From Escherichia phage vB_EcoM_VR20: 64,000 nt of DNA. The first letter of the stretch is position 1. Each line of letters begins with the position of its first letter. Positions 19,418 through 28,309 of this stretch are shown here, one piece after another. Made by a program: the position numbers and the translations under genes. The DNA is taken from the sequence record NC_028894.1, one strand, 5' to 3'. The notes under the pieces were generated by a model. It had not been told where the DNA came from, ran no database searches, and saw only the letters and a list, made by a program, of their open reading frames with translations.

Positions 19418-19701
19418 TATTCCACCACATATGATAATGAGAAAATTGCTGATGAAAGATGAGTAGCATCTTCTTCACACAGTTCAAATGGAGCTTTCTG
19501 CAAGAGTTCAACCACTTCTTCATCAGTGGCACTGTCCATAAAGATTGCATAATCGTTAAGATAGATAACAACCTCATCACCAGTATTAACTGCATCAATC
19601 TTGATGTTCTTAATTCTCATTGTATTCTCCTCAGTAGTTGATGGGATAATAGTACACCCTTTTGATGAGGATGTAAACCCCCTAAATGAAAAAAGGTCCA
19701 C
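19417..19701 (-). CDS. Hypothetical protein
   Basis: 94 aa ORF preceded by class I promoter cassette. Confidence 0.4.
   Translation of the reverse strand: MDLFSFRGFTSSSKGCTIIPSTTEENTMRIKNIKIDAVNTGDEVVIYLNDYAIFMDSATDEEVVELLQKAPFELCEEDATHLSSAIFSLSYVVE
19630..19680 (-). promoter_or_regulatory. Class I early-promoter/leader cassette
   Basis: GTTTAC...GTGTACTATTATCCCATCAACTACTGAGGAGAA. Confidence 0.4.
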
Positions 19702-19721
19702 CCGAAGGCAGACCTTTTGAA

Positions 19722-20105
19722 TTACTCTAATGTTAACAGGTACTTGGTTTGAAAGAAAACGCCAACGATATCGTCCAGAGTCGATTGAATAGCCTTGGGT
19801 ACAACTTTATAGACTCTTTCAGAGCTTTTAATCATTTCATCTAAAAACAAAATTGTATCTTTCGGCAAGTCCGAGGCGGACGGTAATGCAGCTTTGTATT
19901 GTTTCCCGCTGTAACCTAACCATTGCTCACTGAACTGGTCGAGTGGACCTTGGATTTCTGTGAAGTAGAAATCATAAGCTTTATGGCGGGCGTAACTTTT
20001 GGTTTCAAGATGGGCGGATTTAAAATAAGCCAAAGAGACTAACAACCACCCAATATATGAATCCACCTCAGACCCACGACCTGTTACGAAATCATCGAAT
20101 TTCAT
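19722..20105 (-). CDS. Hypothetical protein (rI.-1 position)
   Basis: 127 aa ORF directly downstream of rI. Confidence 0.45.
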   Translation of the reverse strand: MKFDDFVTGRGSEVDSYIGWLLVSLAYFKSAHLETKSYARHKAYDFYFTEIQGPLDQFSEQWLGYSGKQYKAALPSASDLPKDTILFLDEMIKSSERVYKVVPKAIQSTLDDIVGVFFQTKYLLTLE

Positions 20106-20388
20106 CTTCCAATTTTACCTTCATTAATTTAGCGTATTCGACTGCAGCAGCCCGGCCATCAATTTGACATGTGATTTCATTTACACATTGACTCTTATTG
20201 TTCCATTCAGTTTTAATAAAAGCCCAAAATTGTTCGGACTGCTCGACGCTGGGTTCTTTGAATTGCGAATAGATTTGCATCGCACTATCTGCATATTGTG
20301 TAAATTTACCATCTGTAGCAGAGGACAGATTTGGGCCTAAACAGCCCATTAGTAATAGACTTAGAGAAAGTCCTCGAATAAGGTCCAT
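20092..20388 (-). CDS. rI: Lysis inhibition regulator rI (membrane-anchored periplasmic)
   Basis: 98 aa from internal Met: N-terminal anchor LSLSLLLMGCLG; SVEQSEQFWAFIKTEWNN...AVEYAKLMKVKLEDE resembles T4 RI; AAGGAG SD; late promoter upstream. Confidence 0.65.
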   Translation of the reverse strand: MDLIRGLSLSLLLMGCLGPNLSSATDGKFTQYADSAMQIYSQFKEPSVEQSEQFWAFIKTEWNNKSQCVNEITCQIDGRAAAVEYAKLMKVKLEDEIR

Positions 20389-20459
20389 AAAGGACTCCTT
20401 ATTGTTGGTCATGATTACGCTTTGCAGCCTTAACATAGCGGAATACTAGTTAGTAACTG

Positions 20460-20467
20460 TATTTATA
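20460..20467 (-). promoter_or_regulatory. T4-type late promoter TATAAATA
   Basis: Exact TATAAATA on minus strand ~70 nt upstream of rI start. Confidence 0.5.
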
Positions 20468-20738
20468 ATCTTTTAAACTTGAAACAATATATTGCAAATA
20501 AATCAGAAAAATGTCTATCAACCCATATTCTTTGCACTGGACTAGTAACAGTCAGCATATAATGTGCTTTTTGTAAATTTATTCCATTTTTATTCGGGCA
20601 TTCTTTATTAACAGAATGGTACGTGCTTGCTACTATTTCAATTTCCCTTTCATATCTCTCGCTATCTGTTTGTGTGGGGATAAATGCAATTCCAGCAATA
20701 ACAAAAATAGAGATATACGTCCAAATCTTATATATCAT
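20463..20738 (-). CDS. Small secreted/membrane protein
   Basis: 91 aa; N-terminal hydrophobic IWTYISIFVIAGIAFIP. Confidence 0.4.
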   Translation of the reverse strand: MIYKIWTYISIFVIAGIAFIPTQTDSERYEREIEIVASTYHSVNKECPNKNGINLQKAHYMLTVTSPVQRIWVDRHFSDLFAIYCFKFKRL

Positions 20739-20745
20739 AAGGACC

Positions 20746-21318
20746 TCAGCTTGTCAATTCGAGCCAATGTTTCCTGCATAAAGATACGTACGATTCATTC
20801 CCACCGACTAACACTTGCTCGCCGTCCTTTACAGCAGCACCGTCGATTACTCGAGCGGTCATGGTTGCTTTCCGGCCGCAATGGCAGACGCCCTTTAATT
20901 CAACCAGTTTATCCGAAATAGCCAGAAGTCTGGCTGAACCGGGAAATAACTGACCCCGAAAATCTGTTCTTAGCCCGTAACACATAACGGGGATATTATA
21001 ATTATCAACCACTCGTGCTAACTGGTCAATTTGCTCTGGTAACAAAAATTGAGCTTCATCAACCAGGACACAATGGATATCCTTTTGAGACTCGGCCCAT
21101 TTATAGAATTCAAACAGGTTCATGTCGGCCGTTACCAGGTTTGCTTCCTGGCTAATACCAATACGTGATTTAATTTCAGATTCCGAGTCCCGATTATCAA
21201 TAACAGGTTTTAGCAAAAGCACACTCATTCCACGCTCTTTATAGGAATAAGCTGCAGTCAGCAATGAAGCTGTTTTGCCTGCATTCATTGCTGCGTAATG
21301 ATAAATTAAACTCGCCAT
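20746..21318 (-). CDS. tk: Thymidine kinase
   Basis: 190 aa; P-loop AMNAGKTASLL, VDEAQF, C-terminal zinc cysteines CHCG...C typical of TK. Confidence 0.9.
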   Translation of the reverse strand: MASLIYHYAAMNAGKTASLLTAAYSYKERGMSVLLLKPVIDNRDSESEIKSRIGISQEANLVTADMNLFEFYKWAESQKDIHCVLVDEAQFLLPEQIDQLARVVDNYNIPVMCYGLRTDFRGQLFPGSARLLAISDKLVELKGVCHCGRKATMTARVIDGAAVKDGEQVLVGGNESYVSLCRKHWLELTS

Positions 21319-21327
21319 ATCACCTTC

Positions 21328-21513
21328 TTAAAGAGTATTCACATAAGCAATTAATTCGTTTTCTTTCTCATCAAACCGATTAGCAAATTCTTCCTGATGT
21401 TCGGCATCTATCGGGCCGTGTTCATCATAAAAAGCGTTCGCTTCCGTATGCTCGTCCAAAAGCTCATGGATAAGCTCAAACAATCTACTTTTCTGACTAA
21501 TACTTAAACTCAT
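21328..21513 (-). CDS. Hypothetical acidic protein
   Basis: 61 aa ORF. Confidence 0.3.
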   Translation of the reverse strand: MSLSISQKSRLFELIHELLDEHTEANAFYDEHGPIDAEHQEEFANRFDEKENELIAYVNTL

Positions 21514-21716
21514 TTCGGTTCACCTTGTTTTACAAAGTCTGGATACGGTTGAAACCCGGAATAGAAACCAGCGCCTGCATGATTCACACACCCTTTATTA
21601 GAACAATAGCACCAATAATCAAAATCACATATCATTTCATCGTTGCATAAAGCAAAAACAACTGGCCATTTACACTTTTCACAGTGAGCATTTTTAAGAA
21701 TACTAGTTTGACTCAT
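21510..21716 (-). CDS. Small Cys-rich protein
   Basis: 68 aa with 7 Cys (CEKC...CNDEMICDFDYWCYCSNKGC). Confidence 0.4.
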   Translation of the reverse strand: MSQTSILKNAHCEKCKWPVVFALCNDEMICDFDYWCYCSNKGCVNHAGAGFYSGFQPYPDFVKQGEPK

Positions 21717-22167
21717 AATCCACCACTATCAAATCAATGTCAGGAGTAAACATATCAATTAACCGGGAAACCTTATCCCAATCACCACCTGCAATACCAC
21801 AGCCAATCCTGGGAATATAAATCACGGGCTTGAACAAAAGTGATTCTGCTTGTCGATTTAATTCTATCATGCAATTTAATAAAGCACCATAATCCAGATT
21901 TGGACCCGGTTCATACTGGGTATAAAGGTTATAGCACATACCAAATCCAGTTGGCTTATGTTTAAAAACGATAGACATATCACCGAGTTTTTCTCGGGAA
22001 CCGTATTCAGTTGATGTTTTATCCATTTCTAAAATTTTTGGGTAAGCCTTTGCCAGTTGGCCAGCAACGCCTGACCCCATTGTATGGAAGCAGTTACAGC
22101 CATGAGCTATGATGTTTCCTTCGAGAAAGAGGGCGACGATATCGCCCTTAATATAGTTAACAATCAT
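21703..22167 (-). CDS. Macro-domain protein (ADP-ribose binding/processing)
   Basis: 154 aa; GDIVALFLEGNIIAHGCNCFHTMGSGVAGQLAKAYP and later GCGIAGGDW match macro-domain glycine-rich motifs. Confidence 0.6.
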   Translation of the reverse strand: MIVNYIKGDIVALFLEGNIIAHGCNCFHTMGSGVAGQLAKAYPKILEMDKTSTEYGSREKLGDMSIVFKHKPTGFGMCYNLYTQYEPGPNLDYGALLNCMIELNRQAESLLFKPVIYIPRIGCGIAGGDWDKVSRLIDMFTPDIDLIVVDYESN

Positions 22168-22523
22168 TTAGAGTTCAATCCTCTGTTATAGGAATCGACT
22201 AACCTGTCAACCATACTGGTACAGGCCGCTTTATATTTGGCACTCGACAGAATACAATCCATTTCAAATAGTTTCTTTTCATATTTGTTAGATAAAGTAC
22301 TCTTTTTCATAAGAGTGTGTTCAACATCATTTTGACCGTCTTTATAGGCAGCAGTGAGTTTGGCACTGAACTGGATTATACAATCCACATTGCTTGATGC
22401 GCAATAATCTTTGGCCGTCCTCGTTGCATATTCTACGATGCTGTTGTTGTCGACGCTCTGTACTGAAGCTATTCCTCCCGTGCTGAATACTAACCCCATG
22501 GCTAAAGTTATGACTCTTACCAT
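22164..22523 (-). CDS. Small secreted protein (vs-position)
   Basis: 119 aa; signal-peptide-like MVRVITLAMGLVFSTGGIASVQS; identity with T4 vs not verified. Confidence 0.4.
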   Translation of the reverse strand: MVRVITLAMGLVFSTGGIASVQSVDNNSIVEYATRTAKDYCASSNVDCIIQFSAKLTAAYKDGQNDVEHTLMKKSTLSNKYEKKLFEMDCILSSAKYKAACTSMVDRLVDSYNRGLNSK

Positions 22524-23066
22524 TTAATCCACCATTTTTAATAGGCCTCGTGATTTTAAGTAGTTAGCTTTTTCTAGGACCTGCGAAGCATATGTATTTC
22601 CAGCTTTCACATTCCACCCTGCATTATATGATGATAGTGTTTTTCTTATGTCCCCCTTGTGAATGTTCAACCAATATGAAAGCTCAATATAGGCCCAGCG
22701 CGCGCTGTTTTCTCTCTTGCTTATCATCTTGATTATTTCTTTATCTGTCATTGTCCACCCAACCTGTTTTACACGCTCGCGTACGGTTGGAAGATAATTT
22801 TGGAATATACCATATGCATGATGCTTATCTTTATTTAATCCTGTATTAACACCAGCAGATGATTCCTGCCAGGTTAAACCAGCCATGATATATCCCAAAC
22901 CATTATGTTGGTGCGGATTTTCTTTGTACTTACCATTTTTCTGGAACTGTTCTCCAAACGCATAAGCATATTGAAGATTTTCCATCTGTTCATTACTGAA
23001 AGTAGGCTCTACGCTATGGGCAGACATACTAACTGTCAATAGTAAGGTGGCGATTACTTTTTTCAT
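22524..23066 (-). CDS. Secreted protein, possible lytic transglycosylase-like (vs.1-position)
   Basis: 180 aa; signal peptide MKKVIATLLLTVSMSAHS; E-S containing TWQESS segment; functional call weak. Confidence 0.4.
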   Translation of the reverse strand: MKKVIATLLLTVSMSAHSVEPTFSNEQMENLQYAYAFGEQFQKNGKYKENPHQHNGLGYIMAGLTWQESSAGVNTGLNKDKHHAYGIFQNYLPTVRERVKQVGWTMTDKEIIKMISKRENSARWAYIELSYWLNIHKGDIRKTLSSYNAGWNVKAGNTYASQVLEKANYLKSRGLLKMVD

Positions 23067-23076
23067 GAATTCCTCA

Positions 23077-23535
23077 CTAGATATAAATCACTTTTGTGCT
23101 AATTTTTCCTTCCAGACGATTAGAGTTAACAAACGCCATACGACAACACATGGTTGGAGACTTCCCAGGTAATGCCGGGTTAACTGTCATTCCTAACCAT
23201 AGGTTCTTGTCTGTGATTTCCAGACGAAGTGGACGGTAGTTCACATTCGGGTCAATTTGTGCTTCAACTTCTGGAAGCGGTTCCATTTTTAAGAATTCAA
23301 CAATTTCTTTTACATGTGGTGTGATTTTTCCAAACAAGTCAAAAACATATTGTTCGTCAATTTCACGTTGGATTGCACGGTCCAACAGGTGTGGACTGTA
23401 CTTAATGAAGAATGCTTCAAGGCCTGCTTCTTTACAAGCCTTGTTGATAGCATTATTAATTTTGAGGAACTCCGTTTCAAAAATACGACGAAGTTTATTG
23501 CGGCGAATGTAAACACTTGAATCAATAGTAGTCAT
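23077..23535 (-). CDS. regB: Endoribonuclease RegB
   Basis: 152 aa from internal Met; VYIRRNKLRR...YSPHLLDRAIQREIDEQYVFDLF...LEITDKNLWLG...CRMAFVNSNRL matches T4 RegB. Confidence 0.8.
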   Translation of the reverse strand: MTTIDSSVYIRRNKLRRIFETEFLKINNAINKACKEAGLEAFFIKYSPHLLDRAIQREIDEQYVFDLFGKITPHVKEIVEFLKMEPLPEVEAQIDPNVNYRPLRLEITDKNLWLGMTVNPALPGKSPTMCCRMAFVNSNRLEGKISTKVIYI

Positions 23536-23554
23536 GATTATCTCCTTTTGTTTG

Positions 23555-24171
<617 letters not shown>

Positions 24172-24175
<4 letters not shown>

Positions 24176-24405
24176 TTCACTTCCTCGCCAGTTGCGATAT
24201 CATATTCTACCAAACGAAGGCCATCAGTCCAACCTTGCACGGAGATATAGGTAGTCGGGTAAACAATTTCTTTACCATTCCATTGGCCACCGTCCCAGCA
24301 TTCCATAAAGCCTTGTTCGCCCTGTTCGTGGAACCAGTCAACAAACATCTTCAGAGCTTCATCAGAGCCTTCAATTGTCAATTTAGACATATTTTTTCCA
24401 GTCAC
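24172..24405 (-). CDS. Hypothetical protein
   Basis: 77 aa ORF. Confidence 0.35.
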
Positions 24406-24682
24406 TAATTAATCGCACATCCTGGTCATAGGTCAGGAGGCTACGAGTGATAATACCCTTACAAGGTCCAGAAATAAATTCCAGAGTAAAGTAAGGAACC
24501 AACTTCATCAAGCGAATACTCGGAGCAGTGCAACGAAATCTGGACCCAACAAAAGGTCCAGACAAAAACACATACTCAAAGAAATTTGCTTTATTAAAGA
24601 TTTCAAAATTCTTTACGAAATCTTCAGACCTAACTTTTGGAATAAAATAGATTTGGTCAAAAAGCTCTTCATGGGTCATCAT
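24383..24682 (-). CDS. Hypothetical protein
   Basis: 99 aa ORF. Confidence 0.35.
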   Translation of the reverse strand: MMTHEELFDQIYFIPKVRSEDFVKNFEIFNKANFFEYVFLSGPFVGSRFRCTAPSIRLMKLVPYFTLEFISGPCKGIITRSLLTYDQDVRLISDWKKYV

Positions 24683-25206
24683 TGCATTCCTATCACAAAG
24701 AATAACGGCAAAGGCTTATCACCTTGACACATAAATTTATTCATCATTACCTGATAAGCTTCATAGAACTTATCCATTGCAGGGAGGCGAATAGGTTCTT
24801 CAATAATGATTAAAAGACGCGTAAAACGCAATCCACGGTACTTATGGAAATTATCTTCATCAAGGAAACTGCGTACAGTATCATAGACAACGAATCCAGG
24901 TCGCTCAACATTAAGATGTGGTTGTGCCTTAGAAACCCGCTTTATTATATTACAGATTTCTCGTGAGCGATGCGAAGAACTCGACATAACAATCACATCA
25001 TTACCTTTGGAAACCCAATCCGCAGCAAACTGCGCAATGGCACTTGTTTTACCTGTTTGTCGTCCACCGTCAAGTCTAAGGGTACCAAACTCTTGCATTC
25101 TTGAAGCTGGTTCATACCAGGTGTATTGGTCTGAATCTAAACGTTCAATGGCGCGTTCAGCGAAGGCGTGCATTAAGGTTAGATAAATGGGAGTTAAAAA
25201 TTTCAT
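24679..25206 (-). CDS. Small P-loop NTPase
   Basis: 175 aa; Walker A GGRQTGKTSA and Walker-B-like LLIIIEEP. Confidence 0.5.
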   Translation of the reverse strand: MKFLTPIYLTLMHAFAERAIERLDSDQYTWYEPASRMQEFGTLRLDGGRQTGKTSAIAQFAADWVSKGNDVIVMSSSSHRSREICNIIKRVSKAQPHLNVERPGFVVYDTVRSFLDEDNFHKYRGLRFTRLLIIIEEPIRLPAMDKFYEAYQVMMNKFMCQGDKPLPLFFVIGMQ

Positions 25207-25366
25207 AGTTGTCTCTTAGTTGTGGGGCCATTCCTTGGCACATAATTCGTCCATGTATCCGTATGTAAACCCTTTACCGCACTTGGGCTCGACCTTATTA
25301 CAGGTAGGGAAAGGCCCATCACTCAGAGGACGCGACGTTCATGAGGAGAGGGTCGGCTTGCCTTTA

Positions 25367-25666
25367 TTAGAAAGAACCAGAGCCTTTAATTGTGTTCTGG
25401 CGACCTTTATTTTCTAATTCAGAATGGTCAATTTCATATGCTTGTGCTACGCCAAAGGCCTTTTTAACTTTAGCTAAAGAACCTTTAGATGTAACAATAT
25501 TAAAAGTATTACCTTTAGTAAAATCAACCAAATCCACTTGTACACCTTGTTTACCGAGGCTTGCGACAATAGCATCAACATATTGTTGGTCTAAATTGCC
25601 CTGGACTCCGATTTGAAATGCTTTAGGAGCTTTAGCTTCTGTGATAAATTCTTGATAAGTTTTCAT
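25367..25666 (-). CDS. Internal-protein-like ORF with capsid targeting sequence
   Basis: 99 aa; N-terminus MKTYQEFITE (CTS-like) with I-x-E site. Confidence 0.55.
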   Translation of the reverse strand: MKTYQEFITEAKAPKAFQIGVQGNLDQQYVDAIVASLGKQGVQVDLVDFTKGNTFNIVTSKGSLAKVKKAFGVAQAYEIDHSELENKGRQNTIKGSGSF

Positions 25667-25674
25667 TTATTCTC

Positions 25675-25725
25675 TCCAAGTTGATGGGATAATTATGCAC
25701 TATCCCATCAAAAAGTAAACAGTTA
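25675..25725 (-). promoter_or_regulatory. Class I early-promoter/leader cassette
   Basis: GTTTAC-17bp-TGCATAATTATCCCATCAACTTGGAGAGAA; inverted repeat GATGGGATA..TATCCCATC around -10. Confidence 0.5.
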
Positions 25726-25986
25726 TGCTTTACCGCCAGAAACAATACCAAAGGTCTCAAAGTCCCATTCAATATCGTCAACATCAACTTTCTTACCAGC
25801 AACCACGAATGCGATTTCGCGACGTTTTGCATAGGTGACAATTTCTTTACCATCACCGCCAAAGAAAGAATAACCATTGCGCTTCATGGTGCCAAAGTCT
25901 TCAGCATCACCAGCAAACGCGCGGACTTTAAAGGAACCAGCAGGAGCTTTAGCAGATTCAGTAATAAATTCTTGATAAGTTTTCAT
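25723..25986 (-). CDS. Internal-protein-like ORF with capsid targeting sequence
   Basis: 87 aa; N-terminus MKTYQEFITES. Confidence 0.55.
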   Translation of the reverse strand: MKTYQEFITESAKAPAGSFKVRAFAGDAEDFGTMKRNGYSFFGGDGKEIVTYAKRREIAFVVAGKKVDVDDIEWDFETFGIVSGGKA

Positions 25987-25999
25987 AATGTCTCTTTAA

Positions 26000-26314
26000 T
26001 TAAGCTTTAGGGAAATCGCGCAAAAACGCATCATAAAGTTTATTACCAATACGACGGAATGCTTTTGCTGCATGAACGTTATCCGGGTTTGCAATTTTAA
26101 TCTGCATTACATGACTACCCGCCCATGATTTAGCTTCGTCATAATAACCTTTAATTTCTTTAATAGTCTTGCGTTTGCCGCCAGGACCATCAACAGTAAT
26201 TTTCCACGAACCCGTGCTTGTTTCACTTGGTGGGGTTAATTGTTCAATCCAGACATAACCGCCTTCAACACGTTTTTGGGTGGATTCAGTAATAAATTCT
26301 TGATAAGTTTTCAT
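26000..26314 (-). CDS. Internal-protein-like ORF with capsid targeting sequence
   Basis: Start taken at internal Met giving MKTYQEFITEST...; 104 aa. Confidence 0.5.
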   Translation of the reverse strand: MKTYQEFITESTQKRVEGGYVWIEQLTPPSETSTGSWKITVDGPGGKRKTIKEIKGYYDEAKSWAGSHVMQIKIANPDNVHAAKAFRRIGNKLYDAFLRDFPKA

Positions 26315-26362
26315 TTTATATTCCATTGTTTGGTTGATAAAATCATTATACAACCTTTTTAG

Positions 26363-26779
26363 TTAAGCGTACACAGCTTTCCCATAGTATTTGTACCAGG
26401 TAGGCTTTTGAGAAATTTTCTCATTCAATCTGGCTTGACTGATTTCAATTGACCAGATTGATGGTTGATAATCATTCTTCCATTCATCAGGAATATCATT
26501 TAAATCTTGGGTAGAAATATCTTTTATGTTAAACCCTCGCTTTAAACATTCCGCAATAAGTTCTTGATGACGGTTTTTAAGGAACAAAAGTTTATCATAA
26601 AAGAAGGTGACATGACCAGTCCCTAAAAGAAAAGATGATGGGATTTTAAAGTCAGAAACCTTTTTACCATTTTGTACATGTTTGCGAACCGCACCAAACA
26701 CGCGAGGAAGCTCACGATATTCAGCCATAAGATGTTGGTCAGCAAGTTCAGATACCAGGGTTAAATTAATGCGAGTCAT
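26363..26779 (-). CDS. denV: Endonuclease V (pyrimidine-dimer DNA glycosylase) DenV
   Basis: 138 aa; [35 protein letters not shown]... nearly identical to T4 DenV. Confidence 0.9.
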   Translation of the reverse strand: MTRINLTLVSELADQHLMAEYRELPRVFGAVRKHVQNGKKVSDFKIPSSFLLGTGHVTFFYDKLLFLKNRHQELIAECLKRGFNIKDISTQDLNDIPDEWKNDYQPSIWSIEISQARLNEKISQKPTWYKYYGKAVYA

Positions 26780-26789
26780 GTTTGTTCCT

Positions 26790-26830
26790 CCAAGTAGTTG
26801 ATGGGATAATAATACATCAATACGAGGAGG
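26790..26830 (-). promoter_or_regulatory. Class I early-promoter/leader cassette
   Basis: TATTATTATCCCATCAACTACTTGGAGGAA upstream of denV. Confidence 0.45.
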
Positions 26831-26838
26831 TTGTAAAC

Positions 26839-27120
26839 TTATTTTGTGGAAGCAGCCGAGATATATTTTTCAAGACGCTGTTTCATCAGCGAGCCGTTCT
26901 TAGCGATTTCTTCCGGTTTATCGCACATACGCAATAGAGCTTCAAGCTTAGTGATATCAGATGTCCGCTCAAATTTGCGAGTATCTACCTTACTAGCAAG
27001 TTCGGAAATACGCGCTAACAGACTTTCGGCTTCTACCAAAGCTGTGCCCAGCTTAGTTGCAAATGTGTCAGTAGCTTCATTAAGAGTGGTCACGGTCAAA
27101 AATTCATTATAGGTTTTCAT
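26839..27120 (-). CDS. Internal-protein-like ORF with capsid targeting sequence
   Basis: 93 aa; N-terminus [15 protein letters not shown]. Confidence 0.5.
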   Translation of the reverse strand: MKTYNEFLTVTTLNEATDTFATKLGTALVEAESLLARISELASKVDTRKFERTSDITKLEALLRMCDKPEEIAKNGSLMKQRLEKYISAASTK

Positions 27121-27601
27121 ATGCTTTCCAAGTTCCTGTTTTAAATGTTGAGATTACACGTTTCGCTCGATTAGGTGTTTGTTTGTACCATTTGGATTGA
27201 GCCAGGTTAACAGCAGCTTCGTCCCAACGTTTCTGTTGAAGCAACCGAAGGGAGTTAGTAAACCCAGCAACGCCGGCTTCACCCATTTGGAAGACCATAT
27301 TAATCAGGGCACAGCGACGAACTTCGTCAAGACTATCATACACTGGTTTTAATTTAGCATTACGCATAACACTCGCACGTGCTTTTTCCACTGAACGGTT
27401 AAACAAGGTTTCAGCTTCAACCTGGGTTATGCGACCATTGCAGACGCGACCCATGAGCTTGTCGAGCTCGGCACGAGCAACATCTTTAGACGGGTTCTTA
27501 GTTATCAGTTGCCCGATACCGATGGTCCAAAAGCCTTCGGTATCTTTATACAAATCCAACTTACAACCTTCATCTATGCGTAACATTTCGAATATATTCA
27601 T
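27107..27601 (-). CDS. e: Endolysin (T4 lysozyme, gene e)
   Basis: 164 aa; [12 protein letters not shown]...[11 protein letters not shown]...[33 protein letters not shown] matches T4 lysozyme incl. E11/D20/T26. Confidence 0.9.
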   Translation of the reverse strand: MNIFEMLRIDEGCKLDLYKDTEGFWTIGIGQLITKNPSKDVARAELDKLMGRVCNGRITQVEAETLFNRSVEKARASVMRNAKLKPVYDSLDEVRRCALINMVFQMGEAGVAGFTNSLRLLQQKRWDEAAVNLAQSKWYKQTPNRAKRVISTFKTGTWKAYENL

Positions 27602-27640
27602 AATACCCCCTTATATAGGGGTATTTATTATCCGAAAATT
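27602..27640 (-). promoter_or_regulatory. SD-sequestering hairpin with late-promoter-like AATAAATA upstream of e
   Basis: Minus-strand AATAAATACCCCTATATAAGGGGGTATT-ATG; inverted repeat pairs the GGGGG SD with CCCC. Confidence 0.45.
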
Positions 27641-28080
27641 TGGGTCAGTACCTTGTACATCGATTTGCCCATCACGTATTGCCATTGGCTCGGTTTAATC
27701 AGAGCAAAAGCATCGAACTCTGGGACTGTACTACCATCCGGGAAGGTATGATAGGCAGAGCATTTACTATGTCTGAATTGTTCATGCTCAACCGGAACCG
27801 TATACAAAAACAGGTGAAGGTTTTTGTTATCTGAATAACGGAACTCACCGAGGTCTTTTAAGAATGCTGGGTCGTATTGGGTAAATCCGGTTTCTTCTTC
27901 GGTTTCACGAATAGCGGCTTCAATCGGGGATTCACCAGCTTCAACATGACCCTTAGGGATGTCCCATTTGTGCGCAGACATACCTGGTTTACGAGAACCG
28001 GTCACACGACCCATGAATAACTCTTTATCTTCAGTCATGAAAATAATGCCAGCAGATAATTCCTTCACTTTCTTACTCAT
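27628..28080 (-). CDS. nudE: Nudix hydrolase NudE (e.1)
   Basis: 150 aa from MSKKVKELSAGIIFMTED; Nudix box GHVEAGESPIEAAIRETEEETG. Confidence 0.8.
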   Translation of the reverse strand: MSKKVKELSAGIIFMTEDKELFMGRVTGSRKPGMSAHKWDIPKGHVEAGESPIEAAIRETEEETGFTQYDPAFLKDLGEFRYSDNKNLHLFLYTVPVEHEQFRHSKCSAYHTFPDGSTVPEFDAFALIKPSQWQYVMGKSMYKVLTQIFG

Positions 28081-28309
28081 CATCACGTTCCCAAGATTTT
28101 TTAAAGATTTCGGCCACAATAATTTCAACGCATGTTTCTGTTGACGGGCTTTCACTATCAGATATTTGGACCATATAATCGGAAATTGGGCGGAACATAT
28201 CTAAGTCAGTTTCTAAATCATCTTTGATTTTCTCTTCTGATGTACCTGTATCATAGGAATACAGATAAGAATCACATGACTCGGATTTAATATAAATTGC
28301 AATACTCAT
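28073..28309 (-). CDS. Hypothetical acidic protein
   Basis: 78 aa ORF. Confidence 0.35.
   Translation of the reverse strand: MSIAIYIKSESCDSYLYSYDTGTSEEKIKDDLETDLDMFRPISDYMVQISDSESPSTETCVEIIVAEIFKKSWERDDE

Noticed and set aside
23310-23525. ORFs nested within regB on both strands
   Set aside because: Contained entirely within the well-supported RegB coding sequence.
25207-25366. Possible tRNA or intron remnant in the GC-rich island
   Set aside because: Manual folding found no acceptor/T-arm cloverleaf and no flanking exon structure; kept only as a possible structured RNA in findings.
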